Source: Vitrella brassicaformis CCMP3155 (Eukaryota > Protista > Chromerida). Taken from it: 64,000 nucleotides of DNA. This document shows, in pieces, positions 12,267 through 23,714 of this stretch. The notes below the pieces were generated by a model, which saw only the letters and a program-made list of their open reading frames with translations, did not search any database and was not told the DNA's origin. Position 1 is the stretch's first letter. The number at the start of each line of letters is the position of its first letter. The stretch spans positions 117,272 to 181,271 of the forward strand of contig CDMY01000158.1 of assembly GCA_001179505.1 (NCBI GenBank), in the 5' to 3' direction. The translations under genes and the position numbers were made by a program.

Positions 12267-14759
12267 NNNNNNNNNNNNNNNNNNNNNNNNNNNNNNNNNN
12301 NNNNNNNNNNNNNNNNNNNNNNNNNNNNNNNNNNNNNNNNNNNNNNNNNNNNNNNNNNNNNNNNNNNNNNNNNNNNNNNNNNNNNNNNNNNNNNNNNNNN
12401 NNNNNNNNNNNNNNNNNNNNNNNNNNNNNNNNNNNNNNNNNNNNNNNNNNNNNNNNNNNNNNNNNNNNNNNNNNNNNNNNNNNNNNNNNNNNNNNNNNNN
12501 NNNNNNNNNNNNNNNNNNNNNNNNNNNNNNNNNNNNNNNNNNNNNNNNNNNNNNNNNNNNNNNNNNCCCCCCCCCCCCCCCCCCCCCCCACCTGCAGTTC
12601 TCGAGTAGCCGCGCCACGCCCAGCAGCAGAGGCCGCCGCGCCGATGCCGATGGCACTGCCTGCGACTGCACGACAGACAGGATGAGGGAGGCCACCTTGA
12701 CCAGACGGACCGGGTTGGCGAAGCCGCCTGCAATGGTGGGGCCTGCCAGATACGATAGAAGGGACTGCAGAGTGGGGGCAGAGGCCACACCGCCCGATGG
12801 CGATATGATCAGACGGGGCAGGGCGCTGAGGTGCTTCTCCGAGAGCTCGGATGGTGGCCGCTGGAGGAAGGCGTCCAATGCAGCATCTACGGCCCTCCGG
12901 GAGAGGACACCACACAACCGCTGAAACAACTGAGAGCAGCACGGAGACGCAACATGCACACCGTATCATGGTGGGGATTCTTTGCATTTATGTCTGCTGA
13001 CCTCCTGTGCCAGTCTGTTGTCTAGAAGGTCGGCAAACATCGGTGCCAGGAGAGCTACCGCCACGGCACGCTCCTCCACTCTCACTAGGTCCTCGAGTGA
13101 CTTGGCAATCTCCTCCACCTCCCCCCTCCCGCACGGTGATCCACCTTTGACCTGAGGGGGACAGACAAAGCACAGGGGAAAATGGTCGATATGTGAGTGG
13201 GCTCTATGTGTGCACACCACTGCAGGGAGGATGATGGTCTGTATGAGAGTTTCGATGCCACGTAGGGGCACCGCCTCCCGAAGAGACGCGGCCTTGGCCA
13301 GCTTCACCACACGGATAGCGACGGACACACACGTGCCCACGTCGTCGTGTCTCTTGTCCAGTGCCGCCCGCTTCTCGTCGCTGGTCTTGCCCTCCAGCTC
13401 CTCCGCATGGCAGCGCTCATACACTCCAGACAGAATACCCTCGGCAACCTGAAACGGACAAAAGGTCAAGGACGACAGCGTGAGCTGCCGTGCCAATTCT
13501 CCCACGAAGACAGGTGAAACGCGCTACGCCCATCGACGGTATGTCCCACTCACCGTTTTCCATTGGCTTGATTCCGCCCCGCACTCAGCGATGACGTCTT
13601 TGAAGAGTCTGCGCATCTTCCGATCCTGCGGGTCCTCGTACTCGTCACAGGCGATGTCCATGTCCATGTCCTCTACATCCTCTTGCATGTCCCCTAACCC
13701 CTCCATGCCCCCACGGCTAATTCGCGCTTCCTTCTGGCCCTCTGCATCGCCACCACACAGCCCCAGCGCCTCTGCGACCACTCGGCCAAGCTGGCGGACC
13801 GGACGGTCACCCTCGTCAACATCCACGTCCATTTCCGCGACGCCATCTGCCTCCGCCCCGTCTGCCGGCTCCTCCTTGACGTGAATGGCGTCGGCAGGCG
13901 ATGCCTGTGGAGGGGCCCCCTGCCGGCTGGCTGGGGGTGAGTCGTCTTCAATGAGAATGACACTGCTGGGCGTCAGCCGGCCTACTCCGGCTGCTGCTGG
14001 TGCTGGTGCTGGTCGTGCTGGTGGTGCTGGTGGGGCGGCATCCATCCTCGCCCGCTTGGCCACGCCGCCAGCAGCACTGGGGGATGCGAGCGACAGTGTC
14101 TCGCCTTGGGGATGGGAGACCGCCTGCCGCCGCTGGGCTGCCTTTGCGAGGGCAAAGGGACGGGGTTCCTCTTCGCGCGAGGACACGCTCTCGATGTAGG
14201 CGTCCCGCAGCAGCGGCGTGTCGAACAGGGCGGGCACCGTCACGCCGTCGTCATGGACCGTCCTCTCAGCCGGCAGGGATCGTGCTTCTCGACCAGTGGA
14301 TCTGGGGAAGGCCGAGAGGATGTTGAAGAGGTACTTGGTGTAGCTGTTGTCGGGCATCTTGGCGGCGAGAGCGTGGCATCGGCGGCGAAGGTCGAAAGTG
14401 AGCCGTTCAGCGGGGGTGATGTTGAAGCGGGGATCCAGCACACCGCACACGCACGCCTGGAGGATGTTGTCAGTCATATCCCAACTCGGATCTGCAGAGG
14501 AGAAAGAGGAACGAGGCGAAGTGTGCGCTGAGTGGGTTACAGCTGTGGGCTCTGTGCTCACGATTTGGTGGATTCATTGTCTTCTCTAGCTTCGATATCA
14601 GCTTGGAAATGGTCTCCTCCACACTTGACCTGTTGCAAGCAGGGAGGAAAGACACGCACGGGGCCCTCGCGGGGAATTGTGATGGGATGCCTACTTGTTG
14701 AGAAGGTTCCGATAGGTTCTCTGCAGCTCCTCATTCTGGTTCAGAACGAGATTTGACAT
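12110..14759 (-). CDS. Multi-exon hypothetical protein (helical regions plus a central low-complexity linker); 3' end uncertain
   Basis: Exon 1 MSNLVLNQNEELQRTYRNLLN, long open exon 13524-14500, further leucine-rich helical exons; spans gap 12267-12566 inside an intron. Confidence 0.55.
12231..12589. repeat. Poly-C homopolymer (36 C + 300 N gap + 23 C); poly-G on the coding strand of an intron
   Basis: Seen directly; on the minus strand the intron begins cag|GT followed immediately by the G run. Confidence 0.95.
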
Positions 14760-15477
14760 GGGGAGGGCCTCGGCGCGAAAGAACAGATGTTCTCCAGAGT
14801 GCATTTACATCATGGCGAGGAAGCCCAGGCAGCGTATCTTGGGGACGAGTCGTCGTGTGCGCATCAGAGTGTATAGAGGGCCGTAGACAGGCGTGACGAT
14901 GGATGGCATGGACGGGTCCATCCATCCGTCTGTCTGTCTGTCTGTCTGTCTGCATTGCGTACATGGAGTGACAGACATAGATCATTGGCCCGACTGACTG
15001 CCTGCCTGACTGTACCCCACTCTCACACGCCCAGTCATCCCATCAAGCCACCCAGCACATCAAGCCTCTTTCGCTCTCTTGACACAATCCAAAATACTCG
15101 TTGGTCGACCGTCCCCCTTCCGCTCCCCTGCAGCACCCGAAAAACGCATCGCTCCAATGATTCTTGCATACCAAAGGCGATGCACAGCATCGTGACTTGT
15201 ACAAAATGTCACGTGCGTCATGTCATGGACGGAAAATCGCCGTCTCTTTCCTTGTGCAATGCAAGACCCATACGCCACACCCGGATACCCTTTGCGTCGA
15301 GGTCTTTTCACTAAAATGACTCTGTCACACACACGCAGAAAAACTTGTCCCGTCAGATACACACACACAGAGATCCCCAATAAAAATGCATATAAATGGG
15401 TATGTAGTATGCACGAAAAAAGGAGTCTGTTGGCATAGATGAGTCCAGTCTCTGTCTATGCGTGTACATGAATGTCT

Positions 15478-18400
15478 TCATCGGTGATGGCGGGTGCGTC
15501 GGCCAGCCGAGGGATCACCACCACAGGCCGAGGGATCACCACCACAGGCCGAGGGAACACCACCAGCAGCTGCAGCCGCCGCAGCACCAGCGCCAGACGT
15601 CTCTCCGCCTGCACAGCACACATGGGATACAGTCAGCCAGTCAGAAGTGCGTGTGTGTGTGTGTGGATATGTATTACTCTGACCTACCTTCTGCCGTGAG
15701 TGTGTTCTTCCATTGCTGTCTGGTGCGTCGGGCGTGTTGTCGGACGTGTTGAACGATGCGCGCCTCGTAGTCTCCCTGCCCCTGGTAGAAGGCCATGGCC
15801 AGGGTGCTGTCGACGGGGTCGACGTAGTCTTCGTCAATACACACACACACATAGCAAGAGAGACCTCGGGAAAGTGTGCAGGGAAGCAAGGCGACACTGT
15901 TGGAGTGTTTCAGACCTGGGTTGAGCAGCAGGCCGTAGACGTTCTCCAGAATGCTTCTCACAGTACTGCACACACATCCAATGCGCACACACATGAGAGG
16001 ACGGTCGATGGCCAAAGAGCGTGTGGTGCTGATGTACCCCACCTGTCGGTGGTGTAGGCCCGGCCGAGTATTGGGTGACAGACTTTGCCGTATGCGTTGA
16101 CGTTGGCGTGTTGGATGGGCGTCTCGAAGCGCAGCTCAGGGGGACGGTTGGGGTAGTCGGCGGGGAAGATCATGTACAGCAGCCACGTGCCGCCCTTGTA
16201 CACCGTACCATCAGGACCCTCCTGCACACACACACACACACACAATGAACACGTCGGCCCGCCCAGGGCATCGCCGTCTTTGTGTTGCCCACGAGTACCA
16301 TGACGATGCGCCAGAAGCCAATGTCCGTCTGCGACGGGTAGACGTCGATGGCCGGGTGGGGATGCTGCAGCAGCCCCCGCATCTCACGCATCAGACGACG
16401 GCTGCGCTCCTGGTTGCCACCGCCGCCCTCACCACCACCACCACCCGACACACGTGCCGCCCGCTGACCCCCGCCCTCTTGAGCGGCATGGCCGTGCGAC
16501 GCGATGCGGGCGCTCTGGCGCCTGCCCCTCACCCATTGCGACCCCTCTCCCTGTCCCTGCCCCTGCCCGCCCTCTCCGTCTTCATCTGCTTGGTTGTTGG
16601 CCTGGAGTGCGGCTGCGAGGCTGCGGAATGTCTGGTTGGCCAGCAGCTGGGCCACCTGGCGGCGGGGAGGGACGGTGGTGTCGTCGCATACGTCGATTGG
16701 GAAGCGGGTGGAGTTGGCGAGCAGCCTGGAGCACACGAATTCGCTGTTGGGCAGAGTGTCGGGCCGCAAGTTGGGCGGCCGCTCGGATGCTGCATGCACA
16801 CAGACAAGTGACTCCAGAGGATGGGCAAGGAATCTGTCTTTGGTGAATGCACGGCCTTGACTGACTCATTTACCGCTGAGCATGACTTCGAGTTCGCAGA
16901 GTTTGAGTGCATTGCGGATCGAGTCGGGCTTGAACACATAGCCGCCGGTGGCCTTGGCCAGATACTTCAACTGACCAGAGAACACACCCATGGTAGATGG
17001 ACGTTCACCCTCTGGTCAAGAGAGAAAGTATTCCTGGCTGACCTGGTCGTTGTCTGTGCCTCCTACGATGACGGCGTCGCACAGCACATTGCTCTGCCGC
17101 AGCGCCTTCGACTCAGAGAACCTGCCACACACCACACAAATACACACACATGGCGTCATCCGTCCTGTGCGTGTATGTGTGTGTGGTGGGCACCATGTGG
17201 TGAAGCTGCGGTTGTCTTCACCGTCGCTGAGGACGATGATGCGAAGCTGGGCCTTCTTACGGGAGGGCTTGGCCGCCTTCCACTTGACCAACTCCTCGCG
17301 AGCCCTCTTGACAGCATCGAAGATGGCGGTTCCACTTGACCAACGAGCGTCATCCACTGCACGCCTGAAACGCTCCAGATACGGACCTGCGCCGCACACA
17401 ACACACACCACATGTGGCACACACAGGGGATGGTGAGGCCATGGGTGGATGTCGCTGTGACGGTGTGTGTGTCTTCCTTACTGAGTTGGCATGTGTATCT
17501 GATGTTGGTTGGGTCAGAGAAGAGGATGAGTCCGAGGCAGTTGGGGGTGTCGTAGGCCTCAATGCGGTTCACCAACGTCTGGGCCATGGAAGGAAGGAGG
17601 GAGGGACACTCATCGATGGATGACCCATCTTCACGTGTGTGAGTCTATCTGCCTGTCGACCCACCAACCCACTCCCCCGCCCGCTTACATACCGAGAATA
17701 GCTGTGCCACGACGCGGAGTCTGCGCATAAATGCGTCCTCGCGGAATGGCCTCGGCCGGCTGTCGTACTGGTCCTTGACAAAGGTGGTCCGCTTCGACAT
17801 GGAAGAGGAGCAGTCGAGCACCACGATGATTGCCTCGTTGATATGCCGCTCCACCAGCTCGCCCTCGCCCATCTCGCCAACGTGAGACGATACCTTGTCG
17901 GCCAATTGCTGCAAATCGAAGACCAACTCACACCCCCGCAAAGGCCGGTACATGACGCGGCCACTCCCACATGGCTCCATCCCTGCACACACATGAGGCA
18001 GGCCAGACAGGGGAGGAATCGATTGACTGGTTCACGGTCCCTGGCCACGTACGTGCCCGTCGCGTGTGTCATCCCTGACCCACCCACCCACCTCTGTAGA
18101 CTGCCGTGCGAAGGTCCTCGTCGATGGTCAGCGCTGGAGCTTGTGCCTGCCCCAGAGCGGCCGGACTGACGAGCTGCAGACACGTGACCTCCCTCGGTCT
18201 GGCAGCATCCTTCTTGACCATATCCCACTGGTACGCCAGGCTGCGCAACGCCGTGTCCATCTCTCCCTCCTCCATGGCCTCGTCCTCAGGGGGTAGCCAC
18301 ACGAGCACCTCCATGCAGCTGGGAGGGGTCGCCTGCAGCAGAAGGGCCATGTGCTTGGATGGGGAGGGCACTGATGAGGAGGAAGATGACGACATTGACT

Positions 18401-21400
18401 CGTCGCGGAGGCCGCTGTACAGCTTCATCAAACGATCGCGGACTGAAAAGAAGGGATGCATGGAGAACAGATGAGTGGGGCCCTGCCGTACGTACGTAAG
18501 TAAGTCTATCTATCGTGTTGCCTGCCTGCCGTCCTACTATGCATTCACCCACCAACCTGTGAGGTTGGATTCTTGGACATTTTCGCTGTAGACTGGGCGT
18601 GTGAGGCGGGCGTGGGATGTGGCACACGTGAGGGGCACCTTGCGGTAGGCCTCGGTGTCGCCATCCTGGCTGAGGCCACGACTCGGGAGAACGTGGAGCA
18701 GCACACGGGAGTGCTCGAACAACTGCTCGTCGGGAATGGTCGATGGGGCCATCTCACGAAGCAACTGCAAAATGGACAGCGAGGCACGGGTGGGCCCTGA
18801 AGTGAGACGGCAACGCCTTGGTTTGGACGTACCTTCCACATGACTCTGGCGACGAGTGCCTTGTCTGCCGATCCGATCTGCTTGGCGGTGCCAGTCTTGG
18901 CCGACAGAATCACACGCATGGCGTACACAGCGGGCGGGAACGACACGACGGCACGGAGGTGACCTGCAGGACACGGAACACGGCATTAGGAATGCCATTT
19001 GTTGCTATTTCCTCCTCCCTCTCTCCATCGCTTCGCATGCACCTACCTGTGAGTTTGTTGATGGATGATGCATCGGCCTTCTCGGCGAGCACATAGAGGG
19101 AGGCCAGGAGGTCACTGACGCCCTTGGGGGTCTGCATCTTGACGTTGTTCTTGGCATTCATCGGCAGCCCCCACTCAGACGCCGCCGCAAACACAGCCTG
19201 ACACACAGGAGAGAAACAGCAATACACAAACAGTCGCCCCCCAGCAGTCTTGTTTGTCTTACATCGAGGCCCCCGTTTCCCTCCTGGCCGCCCTCGTCCT
19301 CGTCGCCATCCTCTTGGTCTTCACTGTCGACGTCGATCACCTCCCCATCGCTGTCCGTGTCCATCGCCGCTGGCGCAACGGCAGCCGCAGCGGCAGCCGC
19401 AGCACGGCAGCCGCAGCCGCTGCTGCTGCGGGCGCCTCTGTCGGGCTACTGTCCTTGTTCTTCTTCTTGGTGGTGTCAGTGGTGGTGGCGAGGGCCATGG
19501 TGGGGCGGACGTTGACGTAAGCCGTCACGTCGGGTGAGAGGGCCGGCACGTACTTGAGGTGGTCGATGAGCTGCTGCACCGTCCACTTGCCGCTGTACGA
19601 GGGCATGCGATGGTAAGCGCTGAACACAGAGAGGGAGGGAGGGAGGGATGGAGGGGAATGTTGGGAGGGGTCTGTCTGTGGGTGTCGATCTCTTCGATTT
19701 CACCTGAGTATATCGACCACGAAGCGAGCGTCCCCCAGAGGCGCCTCGGTCACGCTGAGATGGATGGGCGTGTTGCTGTCGTCGGTGCCGCTGCGTGAAA
19801 GCGCGAGTGCGATGATGTCCACCACACTCAGGCTGGGGTCGCGAAGGCGCATCTCACAGTTGTCACCATCCTCACGCAACGACAGGCGAACACGATCCGA
19901 CAACAAACCTGAACCACACACACACACAATACATACATATAAGAGAAGCAGTGCATCCCATCCCTCGCCGCCCCCACCGTTCCTCCACACCCATACCTAC
20001 CTGATGCTTTCTGTATCTTGTGGCTGAGCGTCTTGAGCTTGTGGTCGCTGCCCGCCACCAACTCCATGTGCCGACTGGTCTGCGTGCCCTGCTTGACGGT
20101 GTAGCCCACGGGCAGCTGCAGCTTGAGCTTCACACTCAGGGGGTGGTGACGAACCGTGCACAGGGTGGCTGTGATGCACGGCAGGGGAGTGTCAGAGCCG
20201 CCCCGCTGGTAGGTGGTGATCTGGGCGGTCGCCCGCAGCTTGATGCCCACAAACTCGAGAGACTCATGCAGGGCAATCGAGCCCAGAGGAATCGTCAACT
20301 GAAGCAGGCAGGAAGGTGGTTTTCTTGTGCATCAATATATCACTGGGCAAGCAAGAGCGTTGCCGCAGGTGCCATAGGTACCTGTCCGACACGCAGGACG
20401 CGCAGCCCCCACTGGGCGTCATTGAATCCAACCGCACGCGCCAATGCTTCCGGCAATTGCCTGCACCACATCACACATGCAGTGCACACATCGCGTTCGT
20501 CCAGCCATCCTCTCTCCGTCCGTGGAGTATGCCTACTTGCGTGTGGTGTTGCTGTTGAGTCTGATGACCACCCGCTGCCAGTCGGCCTGGCCACCTCCCA
20601 CACCACACACTGTCGACGACGGCATCAACACCTCCAGGTCGAAACTGTTGGCACCGACCGCAGCTGTGGCGGCCTGCGGCTGGGGTAGACTGAACCGCCA
20701 GTAGACCTGACACGACGGGCAGGTGCGCAGGCCGGTCGTCTTCATGCGCGCGTCGAAGTGGCTGCACAGACAGTGCCCTGAATGGAAGGCGACAGAGAGA
20801 GGCGAACCTATGTGTGTATGTTAGCCTGTCAGTGCATGTTTGTCGCCCCTCCCCCGCCCCTTACTTACAGTGGTATTTGTGGTTGCAGGATGTGTTTTTG
20901 ACGATGGGGCAGCTGTCAGCCTTCGGCAGCTTCTTGGGCGCCTCCCCACTGCCGAGCGTCACCAGCGTCAGGTCAGCGCACTGAGCCGCCATCCCGCCTG
21001 CGGCACCCGCTCTGCCGCCCTGCGAGCACTGCAGACACACCGCCTCCAACAGCTGACGGCAAAACCCACAACGGTCGCCAGTGCCAACGACTAACACACA
21101 CACACACAACCATCCATCCATCACAGTGCATGGCTTACTCTTCACGTGTCGTGTTGTGTGGCTATCCATACCGTCACTGCGATTGACTAGGTCCGCCTCA
21201 TCAAATCGATAGGCCATCTTGGCCCCCGCCGCACACCGACAGTCGCTGTCACAGTCGCCACACGCTCCGAACTCACCCACGTTGGACCGCACGATGTCGA
21301 CGGGTTTCTTGTTCTTGCGGGTGGGTCTGGCAGCGGCGGCCGCCGGGATGTCCCGCAGGGCCAGCTCCTCCTCGAGGATCTGCTGCTTCAACTCGTCCAC

Positions 21401-22204
21401 CGTGGCCCGGTTGGACACACTGACGGTGCTGGTGCGGTCGAGCGTGGCGTACGTGAACGACACCTGACACACACGGACACACGCATGGCATGCAGCGCGG
21501 ATGAATGAGCTCTGCCGCCTGTCGTGTTTGTGTTGGGTGCACCTCTGTTTCCTCCTCGTCTGTTTCCATTTTGATGTCCACTGATCCATTCCCCTCCACA
21601 GCAGCAGCAGCCGCAGCAGCAGCCGCTGCTGGTGCCCCCTTGAGCTGCTTGGCTTTGTGTTCTGGCCCTTCGTGGCTGTCGTCACCTCCTTCGTCTGCAC
21701 CGTCGACAGAGTGAGGTCGCTTCCGGCCGCGGGTGAGGGGTGGCCCTGCCGCAGCTGCTGCTGGTGGGGCGAGGGGTGGAACGAATGCTGGAACTGCCAC
21801 AAACTTGTCACCATCTTCGCTGCAAGAAGGGAACAGAGAACGATGGGCGGCGTGCATTTGCCGGTGTTGTGCTTTTCTTGTTACCATGCCTCTCTGATGT
21901 TGATGTCAGCATCGTAGGTGTCACCGTTGACAAGCAGGTGCTCGACGACCAGCCGCTGTGCGCGATTGGCCTGAAAGGCAGGGTTGGTCGCAATCTTTGA
22001 GTTGACCTGCAACCCAACCACAGCAGTAAGTCGCCACGCACCAACAAGCAGATGACCACGTCACACGATGAATGGCGCTCCCTGTGGCTGGTGACTCACT
22101 TTGCGCAGCACGTCCGCCGCCGTGGTCTCATCGTTGACAGTGACAACGACCTTCGAGCCGCGCTCCTCGACGGCAACGCCGACGATGTTCTTGGTGAAGG
22201 TCAT
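15478..22204 (-). CDS. Multidomain ubiquitin-system protein: N-terminal ubiquitin/RA-like segments, Rbx1/APC11-type RING-H2, vWA domain, C-terminal UBC (E2) domain
   Basis: RING CGFCRQLLEAVCLQC...CPIVKNTSCNHKYH|HCL...CPSCQVYW (about 20700-21080); vWA IIVVLDCSSSM, SSGTAIFDAV, IIVLSDGED, LKYLAKATGG (about 16900-17850); E2 RRLMREM...YKGGTWLLYMIFPADYPNRPPELRFETPIQHANVNAYGKVCHPIL with catalytic Cys at 16078-16080. Confidence 0.85.
15506..15568. repeat. 21-bp tandem repeat x3 in the last exon (encodes GxPSACG units)
   Basis: gccgagggatcaccaccacag x2 plus one diverged unit. Confidence 0.9.
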
Positions 22205-23071
22205 TGATGGAAGATCACACAATCAATCCCACTGACGACGCGTAGCTCATCGTCGTCCTGCGACGATCTGGCGCGTAGGAATTCAAACATGATCTGACAC
22301 TTGTAAATTCTTCGAGACTTCAATCGGTACCTTCAGGCGATGTGTTGTTGCTTTGACCTTAAGGTCAGTCGCCGTCGTTGGGTCGAAGCCAGCAGAAGTG
22401 CAGATGGTGACGAGGTTGCCCCTATGACACGATGCGGCTCGCATGCAACACTTCCGCATAGGCCTCCAGGAGCCTTGCATGTGCAATACGTTGTGCAATC
22501 AGCCGACGCTACATTTTACGACACCACTGCAAAACACGCGGCACAGTTGAATCGGTTTAAAGGAGGCGAGTCCCCGACCCCCCGACGCAGGAGGGAATCC
22601 CCCTGTGCAACGAATGCAACCGGGCCTGACGTTTTTGCTGTGGCTCGCCCAGTGGGCAAGAAGCGTCCGATCAGGGCTTGCTGCTAGCCGTTTTTTTCGC
22701 TTCCAAGCTATTCAGCTTGACACACTGAAGCAAGGCGAGTCAGTGAGGTTGGTTGGGAGAGATTCCCTTCCGTAGAAGCGCTCACCGCGCCCATTGGCTT
22801 TACTCACTGATGCGCTGACTCTGACTGCCTCGTGAATGATGGTTGGGAGCGTGCTTGAGATCGGAAGAACCACCTCGAGATCTGCTGGAGCACACGCAAG
22901 GGGACGGCAAATGACGTCTTGACTTGTCTTGGAAGCGTGCAGAACCGCAACGGAATCAGCTACAGAAAAGCGCAAGCAGCATCTCATGATATTCACATTC
23001 AAGCCAATACAAAATGTAAGCAGCGGTATTCATAAGAACCCTGTAGCATCTCTCTCTGTCTGTGCGGGCTC

Positions 23072-23670
23072 CTATGCTGGCTGCCTCTGCTGCACTCCCT
23101 GTGTCTCCCATTTGTGTTCTGCCTGCTCAGCGCCCCCCTTGGTTTGCGCTGTGACAGCCTCCTGTGGTGGCGGGGGAGGGAGGGACTTGGCTGAGCTGGG
23201 CATGGACGACGGCAACAAAGCGGGCATTGACTGAAGAATCGACTGGGCGAGAGGCGGGATGACGTTCTGCAGCCGATCGGCCCAGCTGACGCCGTTCTCG
23301 ATGGCAACTCGGAGGCTGAGCTGGTGAATGGTGTGGGGCTGCTCGGTGGTGAGGAAGGGCTCGCAGATCCGCTCCATGTACTCGTGAAGGAGCTCGCCCA
23401 TCAGCACAGAAAGGCCCTCCAGCCCCAGGGCAAAGAGGTTGGCCGCCTCACTCACCCACATCTTGGCCTGGCCCCCCTCCTCAACGTACAGGCATGTCCC
23501 TCGTCTTGCCCTCCAGCTCGTCGACCTTTTCCTCATCAGTGAGGCCGCACATGGTGTCCCAGCCATCCCGGGTCACCATGGCTGCCCCGCTCGCCTGCTC
23601 CGCCCTCCCCTTGGCCCGCTGGTCTGCCCATGTCTTGGTCAGCATGACGGAGAACTCGGGCGTGTACACG
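23072..23670 (-). pseudogene. Partial tandem duplicate of the pseudokinase C-lobe, frameshifted
   Basis: YTPEFSVMLTKTWADQRA...DGWDTMCGLTDEEKVDELEGK, then a frame change to AKMWVSEAANLFALGLEGLSVLMGELL...LRVAIENGVSWADRL; homologous to 24400-24850. Confidence 0.8.
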
Positions 23671-23714
23671 GCATACGTACAGCTGTTGGTTTTGATGTCG
23701 CAGTCCGCGGACTC

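Noticed and set aside
12107-12987. Poly-Pro/poly-Gly ORFs in the ORF track
   Set aside because: Artefacts of translating the poly-C tract and N gap, which lie in an intron.
15506-15568. CRISPR-like array
   Set aside because: Contiguous 21-bp units without spacers, inside a eukaryotic exon; no CRISPR array or cas gene was seen anywhere in the window.
22283-23002. Short ORFs between the E2 fusion gene and the pseudokinase remnant
   Set aside because: No motifs, homology or convincing splice pattern; treated as intergenic.
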